Assembly: GCA_023213395.1 (NCBI GenBank)
Contig: CM041465.1
Coordinates: 96,169,741-96,233,740, forward strand
DNA length: 64,000 bases
Reading direction: 5' to 3'
From: Cycas panzhihuaensis
Taxonomy: Eukaryota > Plantae > Cycadophyta
The notes beneath the pieces were generated by a model. It was not told where the DNA came from. It was given only the letters and a program-made list of their open reading frames with translations, and did not search any database. Every line of letters begins with the position of its first letter. Within the stretch, counting starts at the first letter, position 1. Position numbers and translations under genes: made by a program. This document shows positions 53,295 through 64,000 of this stretch, in pieces.

Positions 53295-53381
53295 AATGGA
53301 GGGAAGGGGAGTGCTATGAATATGCCTATCAGTGCTCACATACTGTTAACAGTCTACACTAGTAATATATGAATATGGCTT

Positions 53382-53940
53382 AGGGAGAGCAACTAACTCA
53401 ATCCCTCATGGAGAGGAACCAACTGTATACCTACTTGAAGAAAGCAACCAACTTCATCTTTACTAGAGCATAATCAAAGAAGAGCAACCAACTCAACTCC
53501 CATATAAATACCAATAATAACTAAGCATAAGAGAATAATTAACTGAAAGCCACCTCATAAAAAAGTCTTTGCCCCTAATAATAGTAGTCTAAGGAGATTA
53601 GAAATGGAGGTTACCCACAAGGCTTTAGAATACTCCAATCACACCTTTTTTTATAATAATATAAAATCTTAGGTATAACTATATTAATCTTACCTTTTAT
53701 AATTAGGTAGAGTATCCAACTCAACACCATATATATAAAGAATTCAAGAAGAGTAACCAACTCAAAATCCCTTCTCAGATAAATATTAAGGGAGATCAAC
53801 CAACTCAATCCTTGCTTAAATAATGATCAAGGGAGAGTAAACAACTCTATCTCTACTTAGATAAGGATCAAGAGAGAGAAAGTAACTCAATCTTGACATG
53901 GATAATGATTAAGGTATAGAAACCAACCCAATCTCTACTT
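53382..53940 (+). repeat. Degenerate tandem array, core gRRagcaaccaactcaatcc, period ~40-45 bp
   Basis: About 11 copies, plus one at ~52229 on the other side of the putative Helitron. Confidence 0.8.
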
Positions 53941-54454
53941 AAATATTCTCTATTGTTTCTTTACTTTTCCCTTCCTTTAACTATTCTTTGTATGGTCGAT
54001 ATTTCCCCTCTATATCTCTCAGTATATCCTTGTTGTTTATCCCATCTTTGCCTATCTCTCCTTTCCCTTCTTTCCTTATATTTCATACCCCAAACTATCC
54101 ATAAATCTAGGTGAAACTTATGGGACTTAGTGGCTACAATAATGCATATAATGGTTGCCAAAAATAGCTTACAATTATTGTTATTTAAATATTTATTAAC
54201 TACCCACCACTTATACTTTTAAAAATATCTCCTCATAGGAAACTTTTTGGTGGTCCCCATTTATTCCAGTATATACACACTTCAATAGGATTCCAATAAT
54301 ATTAATTTTATGAAATTTTGTCAACTAACAAGAAAGTTATAAGTGAAACTATGAAGGTCTATCGATTACTCTTCAAACTACCATACCCTTCTTTTGAACT
54401 TTTGGGCTAATAGGAATGCTTTTCAAGTATGATTAACTAAATTTAATTACATGT

Positions 54455-57161
54455 TGTTTCTCGACTATTGGAAATAGACTTGAGATAAGTCGACTCAGGT
54501 AAGCACAAGTATATACATCTCACTTTCATCCTCATTATCGCTTGGTAGAAGTTGTTTCGAGTGTTGTTTGATGCATACTTGCTTGTCGTTTGTGTGATCG
54601 CGTTGCCTTCTCTACTTGATCATGTTGCTTGTGCCTGCCGCATATTATTCAGCCTATGACGACCTACCATGGCGTACTCCTCAGCAAGTCATGCACCCCA
54701 TATGGCACTTAGCTGCCTGTAACACCTCCACAGCTCCTTAAACATCACTGTTGGTTGCGATCCGCTTGCATCAACACTCATGTCACCGCTTTGAGTCCTC
54801 TTTTAGGTGTGATAGGACCCTCTTAAGACTCATCTCTCTCTGTCGGCCACTTGCTAGCCACCTGGGCATGAGCTCCTAGCCCCTTGACCTCAAGACACCC
54901 CTCTGTTTGGCTCTAGGCCTTGGTTCTGCCTTAATTTTAACTTCCAGTCCTGCACCACTACAAACTCAGTGGTACTGCGAAGTTTGTTACGGTACCACGA
55001 AGTTTGCCATAGTGTGACTATTTAAACTCATTTTTTTAAACTGCCTCGATAATTCCTGCTCTTTATGTGGAACTACCACATGGCATCCTCGAGTACTTAC
55101 CCCTACCGTAACCCTAAACATTCGTTTAGGGTTGGGGTGAGTATAAAACCCAAAAACAAAGCCATTTTCTCTTCTTCTTCATTCATTTTTTTCTCTCCAC
55201 TCTAGCTTTCACTCTGCAACCTCCACAGGATCTGCTCCTCTGCTCTAGCTCCTCTTCCATAGGGCACCTGCTGTGTCTTAGGCCCTACTCCAGTGGCTCT
55301 AAGCTTCTTTTTGTAGGTCTATTTCATAGAAGGAGGGTACTCACACCATCTCAACAAGCAAACTCCAAGATCTCAGAGTAGCATCCACATTTGCCTCCCC
55401 TTCAGCCCAGGTCTAGAAAGCCTATTTGGCACAGGTTTTGCCCTCTAATTTTTAGCAGAATAAGGCGCCTTGCTTCTACCTTACAGGTACTCCTTCAAGG
55501 TCCTTTAAGTTTCTTGGTTTTTTCCTTTCTTTGATGAGTAGTTTTAAGTCAATCTTTGCTCCAATCCTTTCATTTTAGAGGAGCTTGCCTATTACTCCCT
55601 ATCTTGCAATATTTCTCCTCTCTTCTCTAGTAAGCTCACTTTAGGGTGGTTGTGTAAGAGGGTTGCATAAGGTCAGGTGAAGGGAGAAAGGTGGGATTAG
55701 TCCCCTTGTTGGCATTCTCCCCAAGGGTTTTACCCTTCCCTTCCTTCCTCTTCCACTCCATGCCTCTCTCTAGAGTTGGGCTAGGGATAGTGAGAGCCTA
55801 TTTCTAGTTCTGAAAACAGTGTTGGCAGCCCTTACCATGCTGGTTTCAGACCTACACTCTCAGGTTTTGGGCATCACATAAGCCCCCAAACCTGTCCCAA
55901 TTCGGTTTGTGATCCTTGGCTTGCCCCAACCTGACGATTTGTTGCCCATAGCACTTCATCTCTTGGGTCTATTCGTGCACCATTTTTTTGGTTTATTACC
56001 TCTTTTGTTTGATGTCCCGAATAACCATCACATCCTAGTTTTTCCCCCCATTAAGGCTTTGTGGAGCTACTTGCAGGTAGGTTGGCCATTCCGAGGCTAA
56101 CCTCCTTACCTTAGTCATTGCTTGGTGTTGCTTTAATCTGAGTTTTGCTTGGAAGTTTTGGAGTATAGTGTAATATTTTCAACTTGATTTATTAGCTACT
56201 TCTTGTATTTATATACATATTAGGCATACTTGGCAGCCCCCTCTTTCGAGAGGGAGAAACCTTTACTTTGTGATTGGTAGGTTCGCGACAACGAAAGTAC
56301 GAAGGAGGTGGACTTCTTGACAGGTGAGTCCCTAGTTAGTAGTGCTTTTAGTTCCTTCTTTGCTTTTTTTTTTCTGTTACTTTGCTTTCACGTATTGGGG
56401 AAGGTAAGGTAGCCCCTCATTCGTTCACAGTAACCATCATCGACTAGCCCTACACCCACGTGGCGAGTTTGAGTTAACGAGTACGTAAAGAGCAAAAGGG
56501 CGCAGCATCCCAACTATGCTTCTCTTCTAAGTATTCCTTTTCTCTTCTTTGTCCTTTTTCCACCATGTTTCTTTTATGCAAACTTTGCATGTTAAAGACA
56601 CATAGGAAACAAAAAAGGAATGAACACATTTTTGTATTTATAAATTCTTTTCCATAGTTGTTCACATCGTGTGTAGATAGGACTTAGGTGTGAGCCGCAC
56701 ACCTCTTATACCCCATCTACCCTACACGTAGAACCATCCATCTCTAAGCTTGCATTTGGTTCTTTTAGCGCACTTGTTTCGCTTATCACACAACAACCTA
56801 ATCCTAACTGACATCTCTCTTCTATTTGGGTTAGGACATTGTATCTCATACACATCTACTTGCACCTTGCCTTCTCCCTCCTGTGAGAAGACACAACTTC
56901 CTAGAGTCCCCCTTCCTCTTCCCGGCCATCCAAGGGGTAGGTGGGCCTCCTCTTTTGGGATGACCCAAGGCCTCGCCTTGTGTCCTTTTCTGAAGATTGC
57001 CCTAAGGCAATTAGGCACCATTCGTGGGTCCTGAATCTGCACTCCAGTGCATGGATGCCCTGCATAGTGTTCTTTCTTGTTGTTAAGATCCCATTTATAG
57101 CCTAACCATGCCTTAACTAGTTATATCCTTCTAAGCATAGAAGACCATCCCGTAGACGCGA
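54455..57161 (+). repeat. Tat-C 5' LTR (~2.7 kb)
   Basis: Collinear, diverged similarity to 60762-63323. TATA-like gtataaaa at 55141. Confidence 0.85.
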
Positions 57162-57167
57162 TTCCAC

Positions 57168-57185
57168 CGGCGACCATACTGGGGA
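57168..57185 (+). promoter_or_regulatory. Tat-C PBS (tRNA-Arg type)
   Basis: cGGCGACCATACTGGGGA. Confidence 0.8.
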
Positions 57186-57425
57186 TCTGCCAGTAAGGGA
57201 GCTAGTCTCACTTCTCTTTCTGTTGGTGCTATTACTTTCTGATAATCTTCCTTATTTTCCCTTTACGTTGGGTAACCCCCAACGCGTGCTTCATACCCCT
57301 CTTCCTTCTAACAACTTTGGCAAAAGTGTTATATATGACATTTCTCACATCGTTTAGGAGGTTTGCCACCTTTGTTAGAAGCCTCTTCATATCACCTACT
57401 TCCATCATCGAAGTCTGATTCGACA

Positions 57426-60400
57426 ATGGAGGGCTATCTTTCTGATTGGGCGTATCATGCCTTCACCTCAGGAACTCATGAGTTCCCCGTGTCTATTCTA
57501 GGATCCACCCAAGAGGGTGACGATCCTATCTATTACCCAGGTGACCAACATGACCCCATCAACATCCATCCTTCTATCCATGTGGTAGAAGACTCGTCTT
57601 CTCTTGAGATTCACCCTTCGATTGGTGATTCTTATGAGGAGCACCCTGAGGGGTCCACGTCATTCAAGGTCCCATCCACCTCTTATGGTCACGTGGATAC
57701 CTCTCCCGCTAATGTGGTTGAAGTTATTAGCAAGTGATTTCAAGCAGCTCATCTTCAATCGCATCCCAGGTGGTTTGAAGGTGTTCTGCGTGGTGGAGCA
57801 TCCTCTTTATCCACTCCTTTGCCACCTTCTTCATCCGCACCTTCCCCTCCTACTCCCAGTAACCCTTTCACCCTATGCATTCACCCTACTATTTTTCTAC
57901 ACTAACTATGGGGGCAAATGTTGCACCTTCCATCCCTTGCCAGGGTCCTAGTTATTCAAGACCCTCCCATGGTATGTCTTTCCCTCAGTTGGGGGTTAGC
58001 ATACCCTTTCTTAGTCAGGCTAGTGTGCCATCCCCTAACATAGTGTATGTGTTCCCTAGTAGGCCTATGGGTCCTACTAACTCTTCAGCCACAAGTAATA
58101 TGGGACTCGCTCCCACATATTCCCAAAACCAACCTATTGGTCCTTCCTTTTATATACCCCCATGTTACACTTCTTAACCTTAGGGGCAGGGTAAAGGGAA
58201 CCACCTCCTAGCTTATGGGGTGGACTCACTACACCCATATAGGATTGCACCACCTACGGGTGGCCCATATGGGCAAAACCCAGTTCCACACCCTCCTTTT
58301 CTGCCATCTTGCATAGCCTCTTTTTCTACGCCTTTGCAAGGGAACCCAACTCCCTTTCAAGGTGCTAATCCTCAAGCCCCCTTCTATCCAAGGGCATTTC
58401 CTCAAGGAGGGATGGGTTTGCCACCCCCATCTGTTCCTTGTTCACTACCTACTACATCATTCGTTGATCCTACAGTCTAGGCAAGGGCACATCCCTTCAT
58501 GGACTATAGATCGACACCACTATCTATTGAGGTATTAAGAACTAATCTGCCGCCTCATCCTCCTAAAGTTCCTAAATTTGACGGAACTTCCTTGCAAGAC
58601 CCAGCATAACACGTGCATAATTTTTCTATGGCATGTATAGATTATTGGGCTTACGACCACATATTGATGAAGTTATTTCCATGATCTTTATAGGGTGATG
58701 CCCTTAAGTGGTTTTATCACCTCCCTGCCCACTTTATCTTTTCATTCCAGTAATTGGTGGATGAATTCATCAACTACTTCAATGTAGCACGTCCTTTCGA
58801 AAGCGGAATGAAATCTCTCCTTTCGCTCAAATAAGGTCACGATAAAATGAATCATGACTTTGTGTGATGATTACATGACCTTATTCACTCCACTAAGGCC
58901 ACGTTACCCGAGGAGTTGAAGAGAGACCTTTTCGTTAACATACTTCACCCCGAAGTACATGTCGAAGTCCTTAAAATAGGGGCAACCACATGAGACTCTG
59001 TGATTGCAAAGTGCTTAGTGTTAGAGGCTATTGAGATCCAAGCTAGACTCAAGAGGCCTCTCAAGCCCTCACAACGTCGTGAGGCACCTCCCTCAACCAA
59101 GGAAACTAAACCTTCAAAACCCACCAAGACTACTTCTCACTCGACCAAGAAGACCTTAGACCCCCTTACTTCTGCCATACGTTCATTTGAACGTATGATG
59201 AAGGAGCTTAAACTTTAAGCTCCTTCATCTCCAACTTCTAACAAACAAATTCAACAGGCTTCTCAAGCCACTCCTCCCGCAGGGGGTAATACCCAGCCTT
59301 CTCAAGTAAGGAAAGTAGATCCTTCGCTCGAGAAGAAGTGGTGTTCCATCCACAGGGAGTGCTTCCATGATGTCTCACGTTGTCAAGTGTAACACCCTCG
59401 TGATGCCCCACAACGTGATTCATCTCCCAGGTAGGCCTCGAGGCCCAATCTCAATCAACCCGTCCATAAGGATCCATTCCCCAAACATGGGGAGTGTGAT
59501 TGTAATGCTCAATAAAGAAACAACCAAAACTGGGGTAGATTCCTTAATTCTCGCCTTTTGCACGGTAGAGGGAAGGGTGTACGAGATTCAGCATTATCCT
59601 CACGTTCCCCTGACTATCATGCTCCTTCACCTTCATGATCCTACAACAAGGGAAAGAAGGTAATTCAGATGCTTGAAGCCACTCCCTTATATGCTCTAAC
59701 TTGGTCTCAAGCCACGAAAGAGGTAGCTGGCACCTCTACATCTATATCACACCTTGATCCTCCTTCGGAAGCTATTCCTCTAGAGATACCTTCATTTCCC
59801 AAGAATGTTTATGTCTGCCCTAGTCGCTTTGACTTCAGGAGAGCCCTTACCCAACCCATAGGGAAGGGTAAGCCATTTTTCGTAGTTGAAGAGCTTCATA
59901 CCGTGGCCGCCGAGATGTCCATCATTGACATCTTGAAGAGCTATCCAGAGCAACGAATGCTCCTTTTGGAAGCTTTAGGGTTGAATGGTGCACCTATTCA
60001 TGCTTTGGGCATCACCCAAAGTCATGAACCCATCATCTCTTTTGATCCTAAAGATCTTCCCCCAACCAGTGAAAGGGAGTGCCAATGCAACTTCCCTTTC
60101 ACCATCACCATAGACACACCTAATTATACCTTGCAAAGGACCATTGTTGACAATGGTTCTTCCGTTATCACTATGCCCTTACGTGTCATGCAAGAGCTCA
60201 ATATTTTCACTTTGGAACCCATTCCATGGTGATGTCAAGGCTATGATGGTAGCGAGAAGACTCCTTTGGGGTCCATCTTTATCCCTCTCACACTCAAGGA
60301 TAAGATCGTCCTTGCTGACATCATTGTCCTTGATGTGGATATTGATTACAACCTCCTCTTAGGTCGACCATGGCTTGACCAAATGGGAGCCGTATGTTCC

Positions 60401-60761
60401 ACCCATTGGGGGCAACTCAAGTTTGTCCATAATGGGCAAATGAAAGTTATCTCTCATGAGCGACCACCCACAAAACAAATCAGACCATCCACTCAAGAAA
60501 GTCATGGCCAGTTAAAGAGAAGTAAAGGCCCTTCTACTCATGCCTCGGCTTGTTCCATTGGCATACCCAATCCATCTCACATCGAGGAAGACCCTGCATT
60601 TTCTTCTCCTAGTCTCACGTGCTTCACTCCTATTGGTGTTGGAAGCTATGGGTAATTTGCCTCGTTCAGTGATGATGAGTCTCACGACGAGGATGAGGAG
60701 TGTCTTCATCCTATTTCTTTCCTTCGCACTAGTAGGTTGTGCCCATCTCATTCTAGATCCC
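57426..60761 (+). pseudogene. Tat-C gag and aspartic protease
   Basis: VPKFDG, ALKWFYHLP, WCSIHRECFHDVSRC motif (~59339), LQRTIVDNGSSV and YNLLLGRPW. Stops and frameshifts present. Confidence 0.92.
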
Positions 60762-63700
60762 TGTTTCCTGGCTACCGGGAATGGACTTGAGACACATTGA
60801 CTCAGGTAAGCTCAGGTATACATTCTCACTTCTCCCTACTCTTGTTTGAATGAGATTGTTTAGCATAGACTACTTGACATATGCTTGCCTGCCTGCATTG
60901 CTTCTTTGCTTAATCATAGTGCATGTGCTTATAGCACACTTTCAGCCTATGACGACTCACAATGGGGGCATTCCTTAGTGAATGCTACACCCCATATAGT
61001 GCAGAGCCACCCATTTCATCTCCATGACCCCTCAGGCTGCTTCAGCCAGTCATGTTTACCCCTGTTACGACACCCTGCTCATGTTGTAGTCTCTTCCAAG
61101 TCTGATTAAATCCTTAGTTGAGACCCATTTCGCTATCTTGGCTACTTGCCCATCACCTGGGTATTCCCCCCAGTTGTTCCAGCCTTAATTTACTCTTAAT
61201 ATTAACTCTAAGCCCTTATTTCTGCTTATTTTTTGCTTACAGTTTTGTACTGTTGTAAACTTAGCGGTACTGCGATCTTTGCCGCAGTACCATGAGGTTT
61301 ACCAGGGGGTGACTGTTAAAAATTTTTTTTTTTTAAATCACACGATAGTTTTCGCTTTTTTTGTGGAACTGTCGCGTGGCACCTACGCATTCGAATTGCC
61401 TTAACACCCCCAATGTTCAGCTGCAGTGAGTAGCGGATAAAACAAGATTTTCTCTTCATTTTCAAGGATCTTTGGCTTATTTTTACACAAAATTATACAA
61501 AATCCTCCACAAAACTCTCAGAGAGAGACACACATTTCTGGCTCATTTCAGTGGACCATTCTCGCCCTATTTCTCATAAACAGCAAGCTCTACATCTGTT
61601 TGTAGGTCTTTAAGACTTTAAGGAGGATCTTCTTCAAAGTCTCCTAAAAAGACAAGCTTCAAAGGCTCCAAACTCACAGGATCATTCTCACATTTCTCTC
61701 CTCTTCCAAACTTGCCATCATATCTCACTGAATACTGGCTTTTTCATGTCATTTTCTAGCAAGTTCATGCTTGATATCTTCACAACAAGGTACCTTCATA
61801 TTCACTTTGAAATACATGCTATTTCTTTCCATTTTTTTTTTGTGAGTAAATTCTTAGTTTATGTACCTTTTAGTTGCTATGCCTATTTATCTTTAGCTTT
61901 CTTGCTTGTTGCACCATAGAGCTCCCCCATCATTCCTACTAGCCTGATTTTAGGTGGCTATTGTAAGGGGATAATATAGGGAAAGTTAGAGGGAAGAAAA
62001 CAGGGCCAGTCCCCCTTGCTGCCCTTCTCCCCAAGGATTCCGTCCCTTACTTTCTCTCCCTTTGTACATTCGTGCCTTTCTAGAAGTCAAGTTAGGGAAT
62101 TTGGAGGCTCTTTTCCAAATCTAAATTAACATTGGCAGCCCATTACCACACTGGTTTTAGATTTTCGTCTGTTGGTTTTGGGTACTGTATAAGTCCCAAA
62201 ACCACTTCCTGCTGGTTAACAATTTGCAACCCGCCCAGCTGGACAATTTGCTATTCATAGCATCTCATTCTTTGGGTGTTTTCATACCTTTCAGTTACCC
62301 TCTTCTTTCTCATTATTCACTGCCCTATGTCCTTGTTGTGAGTCTGTTTCCCTTTCCTGAGATTAAATGGAGATTTCCTGTGGGTGAGTTAGCCATTCCA
62401 AGGCTATACTCTTATTTGGGTGCCATTTGCAATAACTGTTTGCAGGAACTTTGTTGAATGTTATTTCATTAAATAATAGTACATATGATTAGCTTAGTTT
62501 GATTTTGTTTCCTCTAAGTTTAGTACATATACTCGATCTATTTTGTGGCCCCTCTTCCGAGAGGGAGGTACTCGCTTATTTGATTTGCAGGATCTCGCAT
62601 CGGTGGAGTCGCATGCGGAACAAAACCCATTGCAGGTTAGTTCCATATTTGATGCTTTTTGTCATTTTCTGTTATTTACCATTCACTTTTTGCATATATT
62701 GGGGAGGTAAGCTAGCCCATCTTTAGTCGTTCACGGCATCCATCGCCGACTGGTATCGCATGCATAACAAGTGGAGTAGGAAGGAGCGGGAAGCGAATAG
62801 ACACGTAGTGCTCCATTCAGATGCCAGGTCCAGGTATTTTCCTTGTCCTCGTATATCTTCTTTATGCTGTTGTTCTTTATGCACATGTTTGCGTAGTTAG
62901 AAATACATAAGAAATTGAAAGTGGAAAGGAACATACTTTTGTCTTGCGTATCTTTTATCTAGTGGTCAGTTTAGCATATTTAGATAGTTCATTTCATGTT
63001 AGAACTACCTATACCTTGCCCCTTTAGCCAGCCTATGCCTAGACTCCACACTTTACCTATATTCCCATTCTCGTGTTGCCTTCTCACTTCGTTGAGAAGA
63101 TGTAACGTGCTAGGTTCTCTCCTCCTCTTCCCGGCCATCCGAGGGATAGGAAGGCCTCGCTTTGTGTAGCTACCTGGAAGCAACTAGGCATCTCTGTAGG
63201 TCCTGAATCTGTGCTCTGGCACACGGATGCCCTGCGAGGTGAAGTCCTTATTGTTTAGCCTAACCTAGCTTTACATAATCCGTTCCCTTTGCTAAACGTA
63301 GGGATACCACCCCACAGCAAGCATTTAATTGGCAACCATACTGGGGAACTGCCAGTAGGAAACTAGTTTCACTTCCCCTTTTTGTTGGTGTTCTTACCTT
63401 TAGGTAGCCTTCTTATCCTACTTTTTAATTGGGTAGCCCCCAACATATTTGTTTCATATCCCTTTCACTTTCTTTTAATAATGCTCATAAAGGCATTGTA
63501 TACGACGTTTCTCACGTCACTTGCGAGGTCTACCACCATTGTTAGAAGTCCCATTGCCTTATTCCCTTCCATCATTGGATCCCGATTTGATAATGGAAGG
63601 TTACCAGTCCAATTGGGCTTACCACACCATGGTCTCGGGAACTCAAGAGTTTCCCACATCCATTCTGAGATCCACCCACAAGGGTGATGATCCCATCTAT

Positions 63701-64000
63701 TATCCGGGTGACCTGTTTCACCCTTCTGACCTTCATCCTTCTGCTCATATAGCAGAAAACTTGCCTCCTCATAAGACTCACCATCCTATTAGTGAATCTT
63801 ATGAGGAACGCCCTGAGGGGTCCCCAACATTTGAGATCCCATTGACCTCATATAGCTATGAAGATACCCCTCCTACTGACGTGATCGAAGCGCTCAGTGA
63901 GTACTTTTGAGCAACTCGCCATCAACCATGTCCCAGGTGGTTTGAAGAAGTTTTACGCGGTGTAGCATCTTCTTCATCTACACTTGCACCTCCTATAACA
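60762..64000 (+). mobile_element. Tat-D: related Tat element inserted after the Tat-C protease (5' LTR, PBS, gag start); runs off the window
   Basis: LTR 60762-63323 (TG..CA), PBS TGGCAACCATACTGGGGA at 63330-63347, gag MEGYQSNWAYH..DDPIYYPGD paralogous to Tat-C. Confidence 0.88.
63593..64000 (+). pseudogene. Tat-D gag N-terminus
   Basis: ORF 63521-63910 aligns with Tat-C ORF 57363-57737. Confidence 0.85.

Larger units (their letters stand above)
52263..53362 (+). mobile_element. Probable non-autonomous Helitron (~1.1 kb) with captured gene sequence
   Basis: A|TC start, CTAG|T end preceded by the palindrome actgttaacagt, no TSD. It interrupts a tandem-repeat array that is restored on removal. 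Confidence 0.55.
54455..60761 (+). mobile_element. Tat-C: Tat-clade Gypsy element (5' LTR, PBS, gag, protease), interrupted by Tat-D
   Basis: LTR 54455-57161 starting TGTTTC is homologous to 60762-63323. PBS at 57168-57185, followed by gag and protease. Confidence 0.88.

Noticed and set aside
53382-53940. CRISPR-like repeat-spacer array
   Set aside because: Repeats are degenerate and irregular, the context is eukaryotic TE DNA, and there are no cas genes.
57016-57069. Twister- or HDV-like ribozyme call for GGTCCTGAA..GCCC
   Set aside because: Only loop-level resemblance; I could not find the other required conserved segments or pseudoknot partners. Kept as a generic structured RNA.
54455-63323. 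Single non-autonomous element bounded by two LTRs
   Set aside because: The second LTR lacks a preceding PPT, is followed by its own PBS and gag, and is too diverged from the first.

Overview
This window is eukaryotic, plant-type repetitive DNA with no intact host gene. It is a nest of decayed LTR retrotransposons carrying many TGG>TAG/TGA and CAR>TAR stops. Positions 1-39431 are one Tat-clade Gypsy element (Tat-A, + strand, about 17 kb when reconstructed): tRNA-Arg-type PBS, gag-PR-RT-RH-INT, a separate downstream additional RNase H (aRH, TatIII-like layout), an antisense plant-mobile-domain ORF and a 2.3-kb LTR. Tat-A is interrupted by three full-length Copia elements and one non-autonomous LTR element, all with target-site duplications (TSDs). 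Tat-A itself sits inside the integrase of an older, deleted Tat element (Tat-B, - strand), which also hosts a chromodomain Gypsy that contains a solo LTR. Further right are a probable small Helitron with a cellulose-synthase fragment and two GC-richer Tat elements (C and D, D nested in C). The most interesting signal is host-gene capture. The Copia-1 5' leader is a stack of antisense host-mRNA fragments (two PPR pieces and one AT3G50370-like piece), and the first piece is fused to the PBS through its own 'NALI' codons, suggesting mRNA-primed capture. Other captures are DEM/CYPRO4 (VID27) in the non-autonomous element and CesA in the Helitron. A gymnosperm host is inferred, not shown. All homology calls come from manual translation and recalled motifs, not database searches.
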